A DNA stretch of 64,000 nt from the human T2T-CHM13v2.0 reference genome, Homo sapiens. A program made the translations under genes and the position numbers. Numbering within the stretch: the first letter of the stretch is position 1; each line of letters starts with the position of its first letter. The notes below the pieces were generated by a model. That model worked only from the letters and a program-made list of their open reading frames with translations, was not told the origin of the DNA and ran no database searches. The DNA lies in NCBI RefSeq assembly GCF_009914755.1, contig NC_060947.1, one strand, 5' to 3'. Shown here one piece after another: positions 1 to 12,921 of this stretch.

Positions 1-331
1 ACAGCCTGCTCCGCGCCAGAAGGGTCCGCTGCTCAGGCAGCATCCCCGTGCCTCTCCTCCAGTGGGTCCCTCAGGTAGAATCGGGGCAGGCCCCACTGGA
101 CGTGCAGGGAGGAGGCTCGGAGGATGCATCCTTTGCAGGACCCGGTCTGGTACAGCAGCAGACGGAGCCATCTCCCGGGGCTTTCTGGCTTCTCCGAGGG
201 TGTTCAGGAGTCTCCCAAGTGCACAGGGGCTCGTGCCCAAAGGGTGGAGGTCGGCACCGCTTCGCTCAATTCAGGAGTGGAGAAGGAAGCTAGAGGACCC
301 TCTGGAGGTGGCAGGTTTAATGTCCTGCTTT

Positions 332-332
332 T

Positions 333-379
<47 letters not shown>
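332..379 (+). repeat. (TTTA)n / (TAAA)n microsatellite in each monomer (first copy given)
   Basis: 12 units in monomers 1-2, 11 in monomers 3 and 10, 10 in monomers 4-9 and 11; replaced by a short T-run in the terminal monomer (~33037-33052). Confidence 0.97.
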
Positions 380-960
380 TTTTGTAATCAACTGAAAGAA
401 GGCAGAAGGAGTCGATGGGCCTCTTAGGCCGGAAACCTTACAAGCATAGGACCAAGGCAGAAAAGGTCCAGAGGGTTCATGGTCCTCCGTTCCACCTGAA
501 TCCAGCTAGAGAGCGAGCCAGGGGGATAGGTGTGCCCCTCGTCGCCCGTGCGCTGAGGCACTGTCACGCAAAGAGACATTCACCTTCCACGTCAACGCAC
601 CTTTAAGGGCGAGAGCGGTCCGCCGTGCCCAAGAGGAACGGGATGACATTCAACTGGGACTTGCCTCACCTTGGCTTGGGGGACCTCGAGAGCGGTCCCG
701 TGGGGGCGGTGTTACTCGTGGTGGTAGAAGTGGAGGGCGTGTCCGGGTACTTGAGTTCATGGGCATCTCTCCCGCCGCCTCTCAGCCTATCTGCACCATG
801 TCTCACACGTTCAGTTGCAGCTCTTACCGTTTTGAAGGCGCACGTGGGCAAGAAGTCCTGGGCAGCACAAGAAAGTCAATCACGTTGAGACAGAGAGAGC
901 AGGAGAGGAAGTGGGCCCCAGTAGAAGTGGGCGAGAGAGCGTTGGGTGGGAACGTGGCAC

Positions 961-976
961 GAGAGAGAGAAATTAT

Positions 977-1015
<39 letters not shown>

Positions 1016-1051
1016 AGAGAGAGAGAAAGAGAAAGAGACAGAGAAAAGAAA
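961..1051 (+). repeat. (GA)n/GAAA polypurine microsatellite in each monomer (first copy given)
   Basis: Directly visible; 6 bp longer in monomer 4 (~9911) and 2 bp shorter in monomer 9 (~24777). Confidence 0.95.
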
Positions 1052-2025
1052 CTATGTTGTTTAAAATGCCAGCGGAAAGTCCATGGGGGTGAAAGAGTCC
1101 GGCAATGGCCAGGGAGTTAGCAGCTTGGCGTAGTGTCTTCCCACTGTTTTGTCTGTCTTGAGAATAGCATTCAACGCGACTGTGTTCCCGCAGCAGACGT
1201 TAGGCCGCTGCCCACGCCTTGAGTGCCGGACGAGGTCAACATAGGCTTTCCGTCACAGAATATGTTTGGGCAGGAAGATCGGAACACTTGGGGCTGGGCC
1301 ATCTACCGCTCCCCCACGGCACACACGAGTCGTCAGGGAAATGCCCGCCTCTGTGTGTGTTGTACGTGCAGCCTTCTGGGCAGAGCCGTGGAGAGTTGGA
1401 CGTAGGCCAGGTGTGAGGAGGAGAGGTGTGTTTGGGGTGGCCACTGGCTCCCTTCCTGCGTGACGTAGGCTGGCGTGGGCTCTTCCCCCAGCCCCTTGCC
1501 GGTGCTGCCACGTGAGAAGGGCCCGGGTGCCGGTCCCGCTATTCCGGAATTGTGGGTTCACCTGAAGTTTGAGGCCAAACCCCCAGCGGTCAGTGGGACG
1601 CCAGTCGCCTTTGACCTCTTGGTCAAGCTGGCCTTGCCGTGACCCGTGAGAATGCCCAAGTGCCAATGTGTCCCGGGGGGCAGGGCCGGGGCTGGGATCC
1701 TAGTGTGTGCCCAGTCTCCTTCTCGTCCCTGCGGGTTCCACCATCCTCCCATCCTAACGCATCGTTAGGGATGCGGTTAGGTCGGGTCCATCCCCAGGGC
1801 GGTCCAAGGGGACCGCTTTCTGGTTTGTCAGGAAGGCAGGCTAGTAAGAAGGGTCCCGCCGAGTCCCATCTGCCAAGGACAGGGTCCCGCAGGTGGGCCA
1901 GGGCTGGCCCAAAGCGGCCGAGATGCTGATCCGCCATGTGCGGGGCGCTGTTGGCGTTTTTTCCTCAGCAAAGGGCGGAGGGAGTGGACGTGGGGGAAGG
2001 GCAGGTGGGCATTTCTGGAGCAATA

Positions 2026-2039
2026 CTGCCATCAAGAGG
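2026..2039 (-). promoter_or_regulatory. Candidate CTCF binding motif, one per monomer (first copy given)
   Basis: Minus strand reads CCTCTTGATGGCAG, 12/14 identical to the CTCF-type core CCACTAGATGGCAG. Other copies start at 5006, 7982, 10960, 13932, 16904, 19876, 22848, 25818, 28794 and 31766. DXZ4 is established as CTCF-bound on the inactive X; assigning binding to this exact motif is my inference. Confidence 0.7.
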
Positions 2040-2625
2040 AACTGGCTTGGCAATCCCGCGCACCCTTCGCTGTGCTCGCCTGGGGAGGAGTGGCTTGGGA
2101 CTGTCCTGGGGGACCAGGCAGGACTAGGGCAGGTGCTCGGACGGATCCGAGGTCTCTGGAGGTCCGAGAGAAGCAGGCTCCGCCGCGGGGTCGGGCGGTG
2201 GAAGCCCCAGAGAGAGGCGCCAGGACTAGCTGGACAGCCAGGACGCCGGGCCGTTCCCGGACAGGAAGCCACGGCTCGGGAGCCTGGTGGCGGCCATGAT
2301 CTGGGCGGGACCAGCGGAGGCCTCCGCCAGGGAGCCTGGGCTCGGGGCCTTGGGCAGTTTGCCTGGTGCCCCTTCCCGTGGGAGCAACCGGGGTGACGGC
2401 CTAGCTGGGTCCTCGGCCCGGGAGGCTCCGTCGGCCACACTGCACGCCTGCGGTGTGAGGAGGGCCGACTGCCAGTGCTGAGTTCCGTGGCCATTGGCGC
2501 GGGTGCCCGCCGCTGCTGGCCGGCGCCGGGGCGTTCCTCCTTGCGTCCTAGGGAGGAAGGTGGGCCGCGGGGCATCCCGCGGGGCCCGTACCCAGACGGT
2601 TCTTGACGAGGTGGACGCAAGGCCA

Positions 2626-2650
2626 GGCCCGGCCCGGCCCGGCCCGGCCC
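2626..2650 (+). repeat. (GGCCC)5 / (GGGCC)5 pentanucleotide repeat in each monomer (first copy given)
   Basis: GGCCA(GGCCC)5GGCCA in monomers 1-10; only (GGCCC)2 in monomer 11 (32366-32375). Confidence 0.97.
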
Positions 2651-3312
2651 GGCCACCCTCAGACGCCGCGCACCCGCCTTGTTGAGACTTGCCACCCTGT
2701 CTTGTTGTGTCCATGTCCCCGAGGTTGTCTTGGAGGCGGGCCGTTCCCCGTGGTGCTCATTTCTGCCTGGGGGCCTTCCGGGGACCCCGCTTGTCTTTGG
2801 GGGTGCGCAGGCCCTTGCCCTGCGATCAGAGGCGCACCGACCGATGAGTTCGGTGGCAAAGCTTGAGAAATGGAGACTCTCTGGGCATCGGCTAAGGGGG
2901 CCCGGGGCCTTCCCAGGCCTGCTGGAGTCCGGGAAGCCGGGGGCACCCAGAAGGAAGGACCCGTCGGACTCTGCCTGGGGACAGCCTGCTCCGCGCCAGA
3001 AGGGTCCGCTGCTCAGGCAGCATCCCCGTGCCTCTCCTCCAGTGGGTCCCTCAGGTAGAATCGGGGCAGGCCCCACTGGACGTGCAGGGAGGAGGCTCGG
3101 AGGATGCATCCTTTGCAGGACCCGGTCTGGTACAGCAGCAGACGGAGCCATCTCCCGGGGCTTTCTGGCTTCTCCGAGGGTGTTCAGGAGTCTCCCAAGT
3201 GCACAGGGGCTCGTGCCCAAAGGGTGGAGGTCGGCACCGCTTCGCTCAATTCAGGAGTGGAGAAGGAAGCTAGAGGACCCTCTGGAGGTGGCAGGTTTAA
3301 TGTCCTGCTTTT

Positions 3313-3359
<47 letters not shown>

Positions 3360-3962
3360 TTTTGTAATCAACTGAAAGAAGGCAGAAGGAGTCGATGGGC
3401 CTCTTAGGCCGGAAACCTTACAAGCATAGGACCAAGGCAGAAAAGGTCCAGAGGGTTCATGGTCCTCCGTTCCACCTGAATCCAGCTAGAGAGCGAGCCA
3501 GGGGGATAGGTGTGCCCCTCGTCGCCCGTGCGCTGAGGCACTGTCACGCAAAGAGACATTCACCTTCCACGTCAACGCACCTTTAAGGGCGAGAGCGGTC
3601 CGCCGTGCCCAAGAGGAACGGGATGACATTCAACTGGGACTTGCCTCACCTTGGCTTGGGGGACCTCGAGAGCGGTCCCGTGGGGGCGGTGTTACTCGTG
3701 GTGGTAGAAGTGGAGGGCGTGTCCGGGTACTTGAGTTCATGGGCATCTCTCCCGCCGCCTCTCAGCCTATCTGCACCATGTCTCACACGTTCAGTTGCAG
3801 CTCTTACCGTTTTGAAGGCGCACGTGGGCAAGAAGTCCTGGGCAGCACAAGAAAGTCAATCACGTTGAGACAGAGAGAGCAGGAGAGGAAGTGGGCCCCA
3901 GTAGAAGTGGGCGAGAGAGCGTTGGGTGGGAACGTGGCACGAGAGAGAGAAATTATGAGATT

Positions 3963-3995
<33 letters not shown>

Positions 3996-6292
3996 AGAGA
4001 GAGAGAAAGAGAAAGAGACAGAGAAAAGAAACTATGTTGTTTAAAATGCCAGCGGAAAGTCCATGGGGGTGAAAGAGTCCGGCAATGGCCAGGGAGTTAG
4101 CAGCTTGGCGTAGTGTCTTCCCACTGTTTTGTCTGTCTTGAGAATAGCATTCAACGCGACTGTGTTCCCGCAGCAGACGTTAGGCCGCTGCCCACGCCTT
4201 GAGTGCCGGACGAGGTCAACATAGGCTTTCCGTCACAGAATATGTTTGGGCAGGAAGATCGGAACACTTGGGGCTGGGCCATCTACCGCTCCCCCACGGC
4301 ACACACGAGTCGTCAGGGAAATGCCCGCCTCTGTGTGTGTTGTACGTGCAGCCTTCTGGGCAGAGCCGTGGAGAGTTGGACGTAGGCCAGGTGTGAGGAG
4401 GAGAGGTGTGTTTGGGGTGGCCATTGGCTCCCTTCCTGCGTGACGTAGGCTGGCGTGGGCTCTTCCCCCAGCCCCTTGCCGGTGCTGCCACGTGAGAAGG
4501 GCCCGGGTGCCGGTCCCGCTATTCCGGAATTGTGGGTTCACCTGAAGTTTGAGGCCAAACCCCCAGCGGTCAGTGGGACGCCAGTCGCCTTTGACCTCTT
4601 GGTCAAGCTGGCCTTGCCGTGACCCGTGAGAATGCCCAAGTGCCAATGTGTCCCGGGGGGCAGGGCCGGGGCTGGGATCCTAGTGTGTGCCCAGTCTCCT
4701 TCTCGTCCCTGCGGGTTCCACCATCCTCCCATCCTAACGCATCGTTAGGGATGCGGTTAGGTCGGGTCCATCCCCAGGGCGGTCCAAGGGGACCGCTTTC
4801 TGGTTTGTCAGGAAGGCAGGCTAGTAAGAAGGGTCCCGCCGAGTCCCATCTGCCAAGGACAGGGTCCCGCAGGTGGGCCAGGGCTGGCCCAAAGCGGCCG
4901 AGATGCTGATCCGCCATGTGCGGGGCGCTGTTGGCGTTTTTTCCTCAGCAAAGGGCGGAGGGAGTGGACGTGGGGGAAGGGCAGGTGGGCATTTCTGGAG
5001 CAATACTGCCATCAAGGGGAACTGGCTTGGCAATCCCGCGCACCCTTCGCTGTGCTCGCCTGGGGAGGAGTGGCTTGGGACTGTCCTGGGGGACCAGGCA
5101 GGACTAGGGCAGGTGCTCGGACGGATCCGAGGTCTCTGGAGGTCCGAGAGAAGCAGGCTCCGCCGCGGGGTCGGGCGGTGGAAGCCCCAGAGAGAGGCGC
5201 CAGGACTAGCTGGACAGCCAGGACGCCGGGCCGTTCCCGGACAGGAAGCCACGGCTCGGGAGCCTGGTGGCGGCCATGATCTGGGCGGGACCAGCGGAGG
5301 CCTCCGCCAGGGAGCCTGGGCTCGGGGCCTTGGGCAGTTTGCCTGGTGCCCCTTCCCGTGGGAGCAACCGGGGTGACGGCCTAGCTGGGTCCTCGGCCCG
5401 GGAGGCTCCGTCGGCCACACTGCACGCCTGCGGTGTGAGGAGGGCCGACTGCCAGTGCTGAGTTCCGTGGCCATTGGCGCGGGTGCCCGCCGCTGCTGGC
5501 CGGCGCCGGGGCGTTCCTCCTTGCGTCCTAGGGAGGAAGGTGGGCCGCGGGGCATCCCGCGGGGCCCGTACCCAGACGGTTCTTGACGAGGTGGACGCAA
5601 GGCCAGGCCCGGCCCGGCCCGGCCCGGCCCGGCCACCCTCAGACGCCGCGCACCCGCCTTGTTGAGACTTGCCACCCTGTCTTGTTGTGTCCATGTCCCC
5701 GAGGTTGTCTTGGAGGCGGGCCGTTCCCCGTGGTGCTCATTTCTGCCTGGGGGCCTTCCGGGGACCCCGCTTGTCTTTGGGGGTGCGCAGGCCCTTGCCC
5801 TGCGATCAGAGGCGCACCGACCGATGAGTTCGGTGGCAAAGCTTGAGAAATGGAGACTCTCTGGGCATCGGCTAAGGGGGCCCGGGGCCTTCCCAGGCCT
5901 GCTGGAGTCCGGGAAGCCGGGGGCACCCAGAAGGAAGGACCCGTCGGACTCTGCCTGGGGACAGCCTGCTCCGCGCCAGAAGGGTCCGCTGCTCAGGCAG
6001 CATCCCCGTGCCTCTCCTCCAGTGGGTCCCTCAGGTAGAATCGGGGCAGGCCCCACTGGACGTGCAGGGAGGAGGCTCGGAGGATGCATCCTTTGCAGGA
6101 CCCGGTCTGGTACAGCAGCAGACGGAGCCATCTCCCGGGGCTTTCTGGCTTCTCCGAGGGTGTTCAGGAGTCTCCCAAGTGCACAGGGGCTCGTGCCCAA
6201 AGGGTGGAGGTCGGCACCGCTTCGCTCAATTCAGGAGTGGAGAAGGAAGCTAGAGGACCCTCTGGAGGTGGCAGGTTTAATGTCCTGCTTTT

Positions 6293-6335
<43 letters not shown>

Positions 6336-6938
6336 TTTTGTAATCAACTGAAAGAAGGCAGAAGGAGTCGATGGGCCTCTTAGGCCGGAAACCTTACAAG
6401 CATAGGACCAAGGCAGAAAAGGTCCAGAGGGTTCATGGTCCTCCGTTCCACCTGAATCCAGCTAGAGAGCGAGCCAGGGGGATAGGTGTGCCCCTCGTCG
6501 CCCGTGCGCTGAGGCACTGTCACGCAAAGAGACATTCACCTTCCACGTCAACGCACCTTTAAGGGCGAGAGCGGTCCGCCGTGCCCAAGAGGAACGGGAT
6601 GACATTCAACTGGGACTTGCCTCACCTTGGCTTGGGGGACCTCGAGAGCGGTCCCGTGGGGGCGGTGTTACTCGTGGTGGTAGAAGTGGAGGGCGTGTCC
6701 GGGTACTTGAGTTCATGGGCATCTCTCCCGCCGCCTCTCAGCCTATCTGCACCATGTCTCACACGTTCAGTTGCAGCTCTTACCGTTTTGAAGGCGCACG
6801 TGGGCAAGAAGTCCTGGGCAGCACAAGAAAGTCAATCACGTTGAGACAGAGAGAGCAGGAGAGGAAGTGGGCCCCAGTAGAAGTGGGCGAGAGAGCGTTG
6901 GGTGGGAACGTGGCACGAGAGAGAGAAATTATGAGATT

Positions 6939-6971
<33 letters not shown>

Positions 6972-9268
6972 AGAGAGAGAGAAAGAGAAAGAGACAGAGA
7001 AAAGAAACTATGTTGTTTAAAATGCCAGCGGAAAGTCCATGGGGGTGAAAGAGTCCGGCAATGGCCAGGGAGTTAGCAGCTTGGCGTAGTGTCTTCCCAC
7101 TGTTTTGTCTGTCTTGAGAATAGCATTCAACGCGACTGTGTTCCCGCAGCAGACGTTAGGCCGCTGCCCACGCCTTGAGTGCCGGACGAGGTCAACATAG
7201 GCTTTCCGTCACAGAATATGTTTGGGCAGGAAGATCGGAACACTTGGGGCTGGGCCATCTACCGCTCCCCCACGGCACACACGAGTCGTCAGGGAAATGC
7301 CCGCCTCTGTGTGTGTTGTACGTGCAGCCTTCTGGGCAGAGCCGTGGAGAGTTGGACGTAGGCCAGGTGTGAGGAGGAGAGGTGTGTTTGGGGTGGCCAC
7401 TGGCTCCCTTCCTGCGTGACGTAGGCTGGCGTGGGCTCTTCCCCCAGCCCCTTGCCGGTGCTGCCACGTGAGAAGGGCCCGGGTGCCGGTCCCGCTATTC
7501 CGGAATTGTGGGTTCACCTGAAGTTTGAGGCCAAACCCCCAGCGGTCAGTGGGACGCCAGTCGCCTTTGACCTCTTGGTCAAGCTGGCCTTGCCGTGACC
7601 CGTGAGAATGCCCAAGTGCCAATGTGTCCCGGGGGGCAGGGCCGGGGCTGGGATCCTAGTGTGTGCCCAGTCTCCTTCTCGTCCCTGCGGGTTCCACCAT
7701 CCTCCCATCCTAACGCATCGTTAGGGATGCGGTTAGGTCGGGTCCATCCCCAGGGCGGTCCAAGGGGACCGCTTTCTGGTTTGTCAGGAAGGCAGGCTAG
7801 TAAGAAGGGTCCCGCCGAGTCCCATCTGCCAAGGACAGGGTCCCGCAGGTGGGCCAGGGCTGGCCCAAAGCGGCCGAGATGCTGATCCGCCATGTGCGGG
7901 GCGCTGTTGGCGTTTTTTCCTCAGCAAAGGGCGGAGGGAGTGGACGTGGGGGAAGGGCAGGTGGGCATTTCTGGAGCAATACTGCCATCAAGAGGAACTG
8001 GCTTGGCAATCCCGCGCACCCTTCGCTGTGCTCGCCTGGGGAGGAGTGGCTTGGGACTGTCCTGGGGGACCAGGCAGGACTAGGGCAGGTGCTCGGACGG
8101 ATCCGAGGTCTCTGGAGGTCCGAGAGAAGCAGGCTCCGCCGCGGGGTCGGGCGGTGGAAGCCCCAGAGAGAGGCGCCAGGACTAGCTGGACAGCCAGGAC
8201 GCCGGGCCGTTCCCGGACAGGAAGCCATGGCTCGGGAGCCTGGTGGCGGCCATGATCTGGGCGGGACCAGCGGAGGCCTCCGCCAGGGAGCCTGGGCTCG
8301 GGGCCTTGGGCAGTTTGCCTGGTGCCCCTTCCCGTGGGAGCAACCGGGGTGACGGCCTAGCTGGGTCCTCGGCCCGGGAGGCTCCGTCGGCCACACTGCA
8401 CGCCTGCGGTGTGAGGAGGGCCGACTGCCAGTGCTGAGTTCCGTGGCCATTGGCGCCGGTGCCCGCCGCTGCTGGCCGGCGCCGGGGCGTTCCTCCTTGC
8501 GTCCTAGGGAGGAAGGTGGGCCGCGGGGCATCCCGCGGGGCCCGTACCCAGACGGTTCTTGACGAGGTGGACGCAAGGCCAGGCCCGGCCCGGCCCGGCC
8601 CGGCCCGGCCACCCTCAGACGCCGCGCACCCGCCTTGTTGAGACTTGCCACCCTGTCTTGTTGTGTCCATGTCCCCGAGGTTGTCTTGGAGGCGGGCCGT
8701 TCCCCGTGGTGCTCATTTCTGCCTGGGGGCCTTCCGGGGACCCCGCTTGTCTTTGGGGGTGCGCAGGCCGTTGCCCTGCGATCAGAGGCGCACCGACCGA
8801 TGAGTTCGGTGGCAAAGCTTGAGAAATGGAGACTCTCTGGGCATCGGCTAAGGGGGCCCGGGGCCTTCCCAGGCCTGCTGGAGTCCGGGAAGCCGGGGGC
8901 ACCCAGAAGGAAGGACCCGTCGGACTCTGCCTGGGGACAGCCTGCTCTGCGCCAGAAGGGTCCGCTGCTCAGGCAGCATCCCCGTGCCTCTCCTCCAGTG
9001 GGTCCCTCAGGTAGAATCGGGGCAGGCCCCACTGGACGTGCAGGGAGGAGGCTCGGAGGATGCATCCTTTGCAGGACCCGGTCTGGTACAGCAGCAGACG
9101 GAGCCATCTCCCGGGGCTTTCTGGCTTCTCCGAGGGTGTTCAGGAGTCTCCCAAGTGCGCAGGGGCTCGTGCCCAAAGGGTGGAGGTCGGCACCGCTTCG
9201 CTCAATTCAGGAGTGGAGAAGGAAGCTAGAGGACCCTCTGGAGGTGGCAGGTTTAATGTCCTGCTTTT

Positions 9269-9307
<39 letters not shown>

Positions 9308-9907
9308 TTTTGTAATCAACTGAAAGAAGGCAGAAGGAGTCGATGGGCCTCTTAGGCCGGAAACCTTACAAGCATAGGACCAAGGCAGAAAAGGTCCAGA
9401 GGGTTCATGGTCCTCCGTTCCACCTGAATCCAGCTAGAGAGCGAGCCAGGGGGATAGGTGTGCCCCTCGTCGCCCGTGCGCTGAGGCACTGTCACGCAAA
9501 GAGACATTCACCTTCCACGTCAACGCACCTTTAAGGGCGAGAGCGGTCCGCCGTGCCCAAGAGGAACGGGATGACATTCAACTGGGACTTGCCTCACCTT
9601 GGCTTGGGGGACCTCGAGAGCGGTCCCGTGGGGGCGGTGTTACTCGTGGTGGTAGAAGTGGAGGGCGTGTCCGGGTACTTGAGTTCATGGGCATCTCTCC
9701 CGCCGCCTCTCAGCCTATCTGCACCATGTCTCACACGTTCAGTTGCAGCTCTTACCGTTTTGAAGGCGCACGTGGGCAAGAAGTCCTGGGCAGCACAAGA
9801 AAGTCAATCACGTTGAGACAGAGAGAGCAGGAGAGGAAGTGGGCCCCAGTAGAAGTGGGCGAGAGAGCGTTGGGTGGGAACGTGGCACGAGAGAGAGAAA
9901 TTATGAG

Positions 9908-9949
<42 letters not shown>

Positions 9950-12246
9950 AGAGAGAGAGAAAGAGAAAGAGACAGAGAAAAGAAACTATGTTGTTTAAAA
10001 TGCCAGCGGAAAGTCCATGGGGGTGAAAGAGTCCGGCAATGGCCAGGGAGTTAGCAGCTTGGCGTAGTGTCTTCCCACTGTTTTGTCTGTCTTGAGAATA
10101 GCATTCAACGCGACTGTGTTCCCGCAGCAGACGTTAGGCCGCTGCCCACGCCTTGAGTGCCGGACGAGGTCAACATAGGCTTTCCGTCACAGAATATGTT
10201 TGGGCAGGAAGATCGGAACACTTGGGGCTGGGCCATCTACCGCTCCCCCACGGCACACACGAGTCGTCAGGGAAATGCCCGCCTCTGTGTGTGTTGTACG
10301 TGCAGCCTTCTGGGCAGAGCCGTGGAGAGTTGGACGTAGGCCAGGTGTGAGGAGGAGAGGTGTGTTTGGGGTGGCCACTGGCTCCCTTCCTGCGTGACGT
10401 AGGCTGGCGTGGGCTCTTCCCCCAGCCCCTTGCCGGTGCTGCCACGTGAGAAGGGCCCGGGTGCCGGTCCCGCTATTCCGGAATTGTGGGTTCACCTGAA
10501 GTTTGAGGCCAAACCCCCAGCGGTCAGTGGGACGCCAGTCGCCTTTGACCTCTTGGTCAAGCTGGCCTTGCCGTGACCCGTGAGAATGCCCAAGTGCCAA
10601 TGTGTCCCGGGGGGCAGGGCCGGGGCTGGGATCCTAGTGTGTGCCCAGTCTCCTTCTCGTCCCTGCGGGTTCCACCATCCTCCCATCCTAACGCATCGTT
10701 AGGGATGCGGTTAGGTCGGGTCCATCCCCAGGGCGGTCCAAGGGGACCGCTTTCTGGTTTGTCAGGAAGGCAGGCTAGTAAGAAGGGTCCCGCCGAGTCC
10801 CATCTGCCAAGGACAGGGTCCCGCAGGTGGGCCAGGGCTGGCCCAAAGCGGCCGAGATGCTGATCCGCCATGTGCGGGGCGCTGTTGGCGTTTTTTCCTC
10901 AGCAAAGGGCGGAGGGAGTGGACGTGGGGGAAGGGCAGGTGGGCATTTCTGGAGCAATACTGCCATCAAGGGGAACTGGCTTGGCAATCCCGCGCACCCT
11001 TCGCTGTGCTCGCCTGGGGAGGAGTGGCTTGGGACTGTCCTGGGGGACCAGGCAGGACTAGGGCAGGTGCTCGGACGGATCCGAGGTCTCTGGAGGTCCG
11101 AGAGAAGCAGGCTCCGCCGCGGGGTCGGGCGGTGGAAGCCCCAGAGAGAGGCGCCAGGACTAGCTGGACAGCCAGGACGCCGGGCCGTTCCCGGACAGGA
11201 AGCCACGGCTCGGGAGCCTGGTGGCGGCCATGATCTGGGCGGGACCAGCGGAGGCCTCCGCCAGGGAGCCTGGGCTCGGGGCCTTGGGCAGTTTGCCTGG
11301 TGCCCCTTCCCGTGGGAGCAACCGGGGTGACGGCCTAGCTGGGTCCTCGGCCCGGGAGGCTCCGTCGGCCACACTGCACGCCTGCGGTGTGAGGAGGGCC
11401 GACTGCCAGTGCTGAGTTCCGTGGCCATTGGCGCGGGTGCCCGCCGCTGCTGGCCGGCGCCGGGGCGTTCCTCCTTGCGTCCTAGGGAGGAAGGTGGGCC
11501 GCGGGGCATCCCGCGGGGCCCGTACCCAGACGGTTCTTGACGAGGTGGACGCAAGGCCAGGCCCGGCCCGGCCCGGCCCGGCCCGGCCACCCTCAGACGC
11601 CGCGCACCCGCCTTGTTGAGACTTGCCACCCTGTCTTGTTGTGTCCATGTCCCCGAGGTTGTCTTGGAGGCGGGCCGTTCCCCGTGGTGCTCATTTCTGC
11701 CTGGGGGCCTTCCGGGGACCCCGCTTGTCTTTGGGGGTGCGCAGGCCCTTGCCCTGCGATCAGAGGCGCACCGACCGATGAGTTCGGTGGCAAAGCTTGA
11801 GAAATGGAGACTCTCTGGGCATCGGCTAAGGGGGCCCGGGGCCTTCCCAGGCCTGCTGGAGTCCGGGAAGCCGGGGGCACCCAGAAGGAAGGACCCGTCG
11901 GACTCTGCCTGGGGACAGCCTGCTCCGCGCCAGAAGGGTCCGCTGCTCAGGCAGCATCCCCGTGCCTCTCCTCCAGTGGGTCCCTCAGGTAGAATCGGGG
12001 CAGGCCCCACTGGACGTGCAGGGAGGAGGCTCGGAGGATGCATCCTTTGCAGGACCCGGTCTGGTACAGCAGCAGACGGAGCCATCTCCCGGGGCTTTCT
12101 GGCTTCTCCGAGGGTGTTCAGGAGTCTCCCAAGTGCGCAGGGGCTCGTGCCCAAAGGGTGGAGGTCGGCACCGCTTCGCTCAATTCAGGAGTGGAGAAGG
12201 AAGCTAGAGGACCCTCTGGAGGTGGCAGGTTTAATGTCCTGCTTTT

Positions 12247-12285
<39 letters not shown>

Positions 12286-12888
12286 TTTTGTAATCAACTG
12301 AAAGAAGGCAGAAGGAGTCGATGGGCCTCTTAGGCCGGAAACCTTACAAGCATAGGACCAAGGCAGAAAAGGTCCAGAGGGTTCATGGTCCTCCGTTCCA
12401 CCTGAATCCAGCTAGAGAGCGAGCCAGGGGGATAGGTGTGCCCCTCGTCGCCCGTGCGCTGAGGCACTGTCACGCAAAGAGACATTCACCTTCCACGTCA
12501 ACGCACCTTTAAGGGCGAGAGCGGTCCGCCGTGCCCAAGAGGAACGGGATGACATTCAACTGGGACTTGCCTCACCTTGGCTTGGGGGACCTCGAGAGCA
12601 GTCCCGTGGGGGCGGTGTTACTCGTGGTGGTAGAAGTGGAGGGCGTGTCCGGGTACTTGAGTTCATGGGCATCTCTCCCGCCGCCTCTCAGCCTATCTGC
12701 ACCATGTCTCACACGTTCAGTTGCAGCTCTTACCGTTTTGAAGGCGCACGTGGGCAAGAAGTCCTGGGCAGCAGAAGAAAGTCAATCACGTTGAGACAGA
12801 GAGAGCAGGAGAGGAAGTGGGCCCCAGTAGAAGTGGGCGAGAGAGCGTTGGGTGGGAACGTGGCACGAGAGAGAGAAATTATGAGATT

Positions 12889-12921
<33 letters not shown>

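Noticed and set aside
1883-1901. Alternative CTCF-like word GGTCCCGCAGGTGGGCCAG
   Set aside because: Lacks the GGC core and is variable among the degenerate copies; a weaker candidate than 2026-2039.
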